In this document: positions 52,319 to 57,575 of the stretch, in pieces | How positions within the stretch are numbered: the first letter of the stretch is position 1 | Layout: each line of letters begins with the position of its first letter | Source of the DNA: Girardia tigrina | Lineage: Eukaryota | Direction of reading: 5' to 3' | NCBI GenBank assembly: GCA_001938485.1 | Contig: MQRK01223361.1 | Coordinates: 39,948 to 97,522 of the forward strand | Length of the DNA stretch: 57,575 nucleotides | Notes under the pieces: model-generated | The model's database searches: none | What the model saw: only the letters and a program-made list of their open reading frames with translations | What the model was told of the DNA's origin: nothing | Made by a program: the position numbers and the translations under genes

Positions 52319-55300
52319 TGTGGTGATGTCATTCCTCACCACATTCAATAATATTGAACTTCAGTGATGTCACATATCATCACATCAAAGTACAGAGTTC
52401 AAATTCCGGTGATTTCATATGTCATGACGTCACCGGAATATGCAATTGCAAGATCAATTTCAATTGCATCAACTGACCCCACGGTATATTATATAATATA
52501 ATATTGCCTTAATATAAAAGAGGATTTTCAAGTTTCATTGGTTAGCAAACCCCAATCAATATTTTTTTATAATAAATTTTATTATCTAGTTTGCGTTCTT
52601 TACAATGGTGTCAGAATTCGCCGAAGATTCAGTCAACTCAATCCTACCTCAACCTCAGGCATTCTATGTTGATGATGACGGTACGCCCCTTTCTTGGTTC
52701 ACCATCTACGAATTTCACCAACATTGATTTCTTAATCGACTCCGGTTCGTACCTTTCTATTATTCCCCCGAGAATGGCACCAACATGCTCTCCGAAAACC
52801 CCTCTCCGTGCCGCCAACGGTTCGCCAATCCAGACCTATCGAACCATCTCACTTCAATTAAGGCTCTCCAGATTTCAACAAGATATTCAGTGGACCTTCA
52901 CCATTGCCGACACAGTCCATCCACTTCTTGGAGCCGATTTCTTAAGCAGTTATGGTTTTTTGGTCTCATAAAATTATTGAAGCTAATTCGTTTTCCAAAA
53001 TTTCGATCCCTTCCACTTCTTTATCGTCAATAATATCGAGTTGTTCAAAGACGGCCGCTATACAATCATTCATCAAAGATTCTGCTCCCAACTGTTTGTC
53101 CCGCGATCCGGCTTTCTTTTCAGTTCATCCGGTGGTTCACCGCATAATCACCAAGCCATGTCATCCAGTCAGGCACAAGCAACGCGAACTTCCAGTTAAA
53201 TCCAGATCGGCAGTTCAAGAAGAATTTCGACAGTTAGAGAAAGACGGTATCATCCGTTGTTCTTCTTCGCCATGGGCCTCAGCTCTTCATGTTGTCGAAA
53301 AACCGGACAAATCATTCGTCCATGTGGAGATTGTCGAGCGTTAAATTCCCTCACAATACACGATTCATATCCCATACCGTTAATCACTGACATTGTTCAT
53401 CGACTCACTGGTTCAAAAGTATTTTCAAAAATTGATTTGAAGAAAGCTTTTCCCCAGATCCCCGTCGCGAATGAGGACATAGAGAAAACTACAATAATCA
53501 CCCCATTTGGCTTATTTGAATTTCTTCGAATGCCTTTTGGTCTCAGAAATGCAGCTCAATCATTCCAGCGCTACATTGATACGGTTACAGCTGACCTCGA
53601 TGATATTTTCGTTTATTTGGACGACATTCTCATTGCATCAAATAACAAAGATCAACATTTTCAGACTTTTCGTTCGCTTTTCACTATATTGCATGAAAAC
53701 AATCTCCAAATTAATACTAAAAATGTATTTTTTCAGACTTCAGTGAAGTTTCTTGGATTCTAAATCAACTCCTACGGCATCGCTCCTATCCCAGATCGGA
53801 TAAAAGCAATCTCGGAACTCGCATTGCCAGTCACAGTATCCCAACTCAGGAGTTTTATCGGCATGGTAAAGTTCTATCATCGATTCTTACCACATGTTCC
53901 TGAAATTCTTGCACCACTGGTTTCTTTTTCATCGGGACCTAAGACTGTCAAACTCAATTGGACTGAAGATTTAACTTCCCGATTTTCCGAAATTCAGAAA
54001 CAAATTCTCGATTGTCCGCCTCTTATGTTCTATGACCCATTATTACAGTTACAGTTAACATGTGACGCATCCGATATTGCAAATGGAGCTGCATTGCGTC
54101 AAAAGAGGGGACAGATCCTTGAACCTATTGAATTCTTCTCTCGAAAACTTTCAGACACTGAAACCCGATATTCAGCATTCGATCGAGAACCTTTAGCAAT
54201 TCATGACGATGTTTCACATTTTTCACATTTTCTTTCAGGCCGCCAATTCGAGATATTAACCGATCACAAGCCACTGGTGCATCTTATCCAATTGAAAAAC
54301 CCGTCACCTCGACAACATCAAAAGATTTTATATTTATCACAATTTGATTTTTCAGTTTCACATCTTCCCGGCAAGCAAAATGTTGTTGCTGATTTTTTAT
54401 TTAGAAATCCAGTTTCAGCAATATCACTTCTCCCAGATTCAGCTCTCGAGTTGCTTCAGTCTGAAAATCTTTCTAAGGAAGAGCTGGCCGATTTCCCAAA
54501 TCATTATACCGACACTGATGGTATAACTTATGATTCCGTGGATCTCGGTGTCTGAATAATCATCGTTCATACCGGTTTACGCAGGCGCATCTTCAAAGCA
54601 TTCCAAAAATTGCACCATCCGGGTCGAAAAGCAACATTCAAGCTTATTCATACTCGTTTTGTCTGGCAAAACATCACACGTGATATCAAGACATAGTACC
54701 AAGGATGTACCGATTGCCAAAAACAGAAAGTATCGTGGCATATTAAACCATCAGTGATCAGATTTCCAACAGGCAATCGTTTTGAGATTGTACATCTAGA
54801 CATTGTCGGTCCACTCCCTCCTTCAAATGCTCTTATATTTTAACAATGATCGATCGGAAAACAAGATGGCCTGAAGCAGTTCCAATCTCCTCAATTTCTG
54901 CTGAAAATGTTGCTAGACATTTTGTCAACACTTGGATTGCTCGGTACGGTGTACCTTTTCAAGTTATCACGGATCAAGGTCGGCAATTCGAAAGCAATTT
55001 ATTTCAAGCTCTTGCAAAACGTCTTGGATTCAAACACGACCATACGACTTCGTATAACCCACAATCGAACGGTCTTATCGAGCGTTTCTATCGAACCTTA
55101 ATGACTTCCCTACGTTGTTTAGGTACCACTTCAAACTGGCATGATTCTCTTCCACTCGTGTTATTAGGTTGGCGAAATACTTTTCATTCATCTACAGGAA
55201 CTTCTCCTAGTGTTATGTTATTCGGAGCTGGAACAGCTTTCCCTGATGAGATTTTTAGAGAAACGATTGATACTGATCTCGAAGCTTTACATGCCGCCAG

Positions 55301-55869
55301 AAAATACTTCATGTCCTCTGATACAAACCCATCTTTTGGCAACTCTGCCCAGAAATTAACTGCCAAGTTCAGTGCTCTCAGTCAAGTATGTCTGGATCCG
55401 TGAAAGAGATACTCATCATATGAAGCCTCGTTATACTAGACCATTTCAAGTTATTTTTATTAAAGGTAATGTTTCAAAAATTAAAAATCAGGATACCGAA
55501 AAAACCATCAATCTCGAGTGTCTGAAGCCAGCATTCGGTTTTCCCCAAGACGAGAACCAACCCGAACTCCGTTCTTCTCCAAGGAGGCTATGTGGTGATG
55601 TCATTCCTCACTACATTCAATAATATTGAACTTTAGTGATGTCACATATTATCACATCACTAAAGTTCAAATTCCTGTGACTTCAAATGTCATGACGTCA
55701 CCGGAATATACAATTGCAAGGTCAATTTCAATTGCATCAACTGACTCCGCGGTATATTATATATTATTGCCTTAATATAAAAGAGGAGGATTTTCAAGTT
55801 TCATTAGTTAGCAAACCCCGATCAATATTTTATATAATAAATTTTGTTATTTAGTTTGCGTTCTTTACA
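52319..55869 (+). mobile_element. Gypsy (CsRn1/Kabuki-like) LTR element with gag almost entirely deleted
   Basis: LTRs 52319-52604 and 55591-55869, PBS TGGTGTCAGAA (tRNA-Leu 3' end), protease FLIDSGS, RT YLDD, RNase H TCDAS/TDHKPL, integrase TDQGRQF/NGLIERF, PPT aaggagg. Frameshifted. Confidence 0.95.
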
Positions 55870-55970
55870 AAATATATAATTTACATTGCATTTTTTTCAA
55901 TTTTAGAGAAAACAGAAGATTATTATATAAATATGTGAAAAATATATATCGATGTTAATTAAAATATTAC

Positions 55971-56097
55971 TTTTGATTAATGATTTGGAACGAATATCTA
56001 CAAAGTTATAGGAAGCACTTAGCAGTTTGACGATTGGGTCGCTGCTGGCTAACTTATCGAGATTTGGATTATACTGGCTGCACCGCAGGAGATTTGA
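55971..56097 (-). CDS. MTMR9: MTMR9-like exon
   Basis: Follows a 47-nt intron. SNLLRCSQYNPN...YNFVDIRSKSLIK matches the RSSQP and IDTR motifs. Confidence 0.8.
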
Positions 56098-56144
56098 CTG
56101 ATGACCAAATATTATTTGAGAAGTTTGTCTTCAAAATACCATAC

Positions 56145-56273
56145 CTGGCTCGGTCTGTACCAGAACGCCAAAACCGGGAATCGACTATTGACATGAAACC
56201 TGGCTGATTCTTTTATATTTTCATCGGTAGTATTAATTGGCAAAATAACGTTCTTATCATAACTCGGACATTC
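56145..56273 (-). CDS. MTMR9: MTMR9-like exon
   Basis: ECPSYDKNVILPINTTDENIKESARFHVNSRFPVLAFWYRPSQ matches myotubularin CPSYP..VP...RFPVLSYY. AG/GT boundaries, 129 nt. Confidence 0.88.
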
Positions 56274-56488
56274 CTGTAAAGTTTATAAATTATTTAATAA
56301 TGTCAAAATAAAATTATTTGTTAAATTTTGAGAAACTTAGTATATCCAAATAATTCATAACATTAAGATGATAACAAACAAGATAAAACTACCAGTATGC
56401 ATTTAAAACTTCAATTAAAACAAGTATGTAATAAAAAAAGACGAAAGTTAATCGTCAAAAGCGACAGTGAATTAATATTTTGATTTAC

Positions 56489-56553
56489 TTCTGGGAATCT
56501 CTCGTTTGCTTTTTGCTTCAATGAAAACGGGTAATGATATACAATCTGTTTGT
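56489..56553 (-). CDS. MTMR9: Probable upstream MTMR9 exon
   Basis: tatag|..KQIVYHYPFSLKQKANERFPE resembles the 'LMYPFFY' linker after PH-GRAM. Boundaries uncertain. Confidence 0.4.
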
Positions 56554-56569
56554 CTATACAACCAACATA

Positions 56570-57115
56570 AACAAAAACGAATTTATCAAGAGTTAAGAGA
56601 AGAAGTAAGACAACGAGAATCGGCTATCATTAGGGCCACAATCCGTAACTGAACGAAGCCTATGGAAGGTGAAAGGATCACTAGGGACGATACGGCAAGG
56701 AATGTGGCATGCGCATGCTGCATATAACCGTGTTCTACTGTCAGAGCTGTAAGAAAAACCAATTTTGGGAGACCAAGATCAACCAGGTGTATAAGCAATC
56801 AAGAATACACACTAGTCGTATATCATGGACCTGGAGTTAGATATCCCGTTGAAGGTGCGCGATAAGCTCCTCTGGGTGACGCAGAGCTTATCGGAGGCGC
56901 CAGTTTATTTAGAGTATAACCATCAGATCATTGAGAGAAAAATGGGACTCTGTATGGACACATCGAGTCTCTACTATAACTTCTGTGCCACAGGAGAGTG
57001 ACCGTTATGTATCATCAGATTTTTCGCGTCATATGTGGTCTTCTTGTGACATGATTTTTATTGTTACTTTTGATTGTTGCTGTGATTGAGTATAATAATA
57101 AAATAAAAATAAATA
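56570..57115 (+). mobile_element. Possible non-LTR retrotransposon 3' end
   Basis: GC-richer block with Cys-rich broken frames (KECG...VFYCQSC...FW) ending in an A-rich tail. Confidence 0.35.
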
Positions 57116-57467
57116 TTTTTATTGTAATATAAAGGTACTGAAATCCGGGGTATTCCTAACGTATTTTGGGCGCCATAGGGAAGATGTTAAAAGGGTGCAC
57201 AACAATCCATTGAAAGGAGACAAACAATCTGTAACCGTGGTTTAACCATTAATTGTTTGAGGTTCTTAAACACATTAATTGGATTTTCAATACATTTATT
57301 GATATCACAATTTGAATTGCCCCTAAGACAATTCTTCCCAAAACTTTTGTAACTAGTCATCCTTCTTGATTGATAAATTTATTCTATTTCTATACGTCTT
57401 ATTATTCAAACAAATTTAAATTACAAAATAATTTTAATTATTTAAAAAAATATTATTTTGGATATAC

Positions 57468-57545
57468 AGTCAACCCTCATTAATCCGAAAAATTAAAAAT
57501 CGAATTCCTTTCGGATTGTGAAATAATTCGGATAATGAGGGAATA
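57468..57545. mobile_element. pogo/Tigger-type MITE terminus
   Basis: TA-CAGTCAACCCTCATTAATCCG with ttcggat subterminal repeats. Confidence 0.6.
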
Positions 57546-57575
57546 TAAAATCAATATTATTATTAAATAAATGAT

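Overview
Very AT-rich, repeat-dense animal genomic DNA with GT-AG introns and five N gaps; the organism cannot be identified from the window. Two spliced host genes lie on the minus strand. A reticulon (RTN) gene runs from about 21582 to 3234, with its last exons not found. An MTMR9-like myotubularin pseudophosphatase runs from at least 56273 to 34154 or 30540. Introns and spacers hold decayed Ty3/Gypsy, RTE-like LINE, Penelope, Tc1/mariner/pogo, piggyBac, hAT, Merlin and Chapaev elements. The main observation is that two divergent LTR retrotransposons of the same clade lack a TGG primer-binding site. Instead, directly after the 5' LTR, each has a 12-mer complementary to the 5' end (nt 1-12) of a tRNA, exact for tRNA-Lys(UUU) in one case, which suggests priming by 5' tRNA fragments. 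Also seen: a nested antisense Arf/Arl-like GTPase sequence, a 24-nt reticulon microexon, a candidate alternative reticulon exon, Penelope-type hammerhead motifs, a MITE with T. ni piggyBac-like ends and a gag-deleted LTR element. All calls come from manual reading and recalled family motifs; no searches were run.
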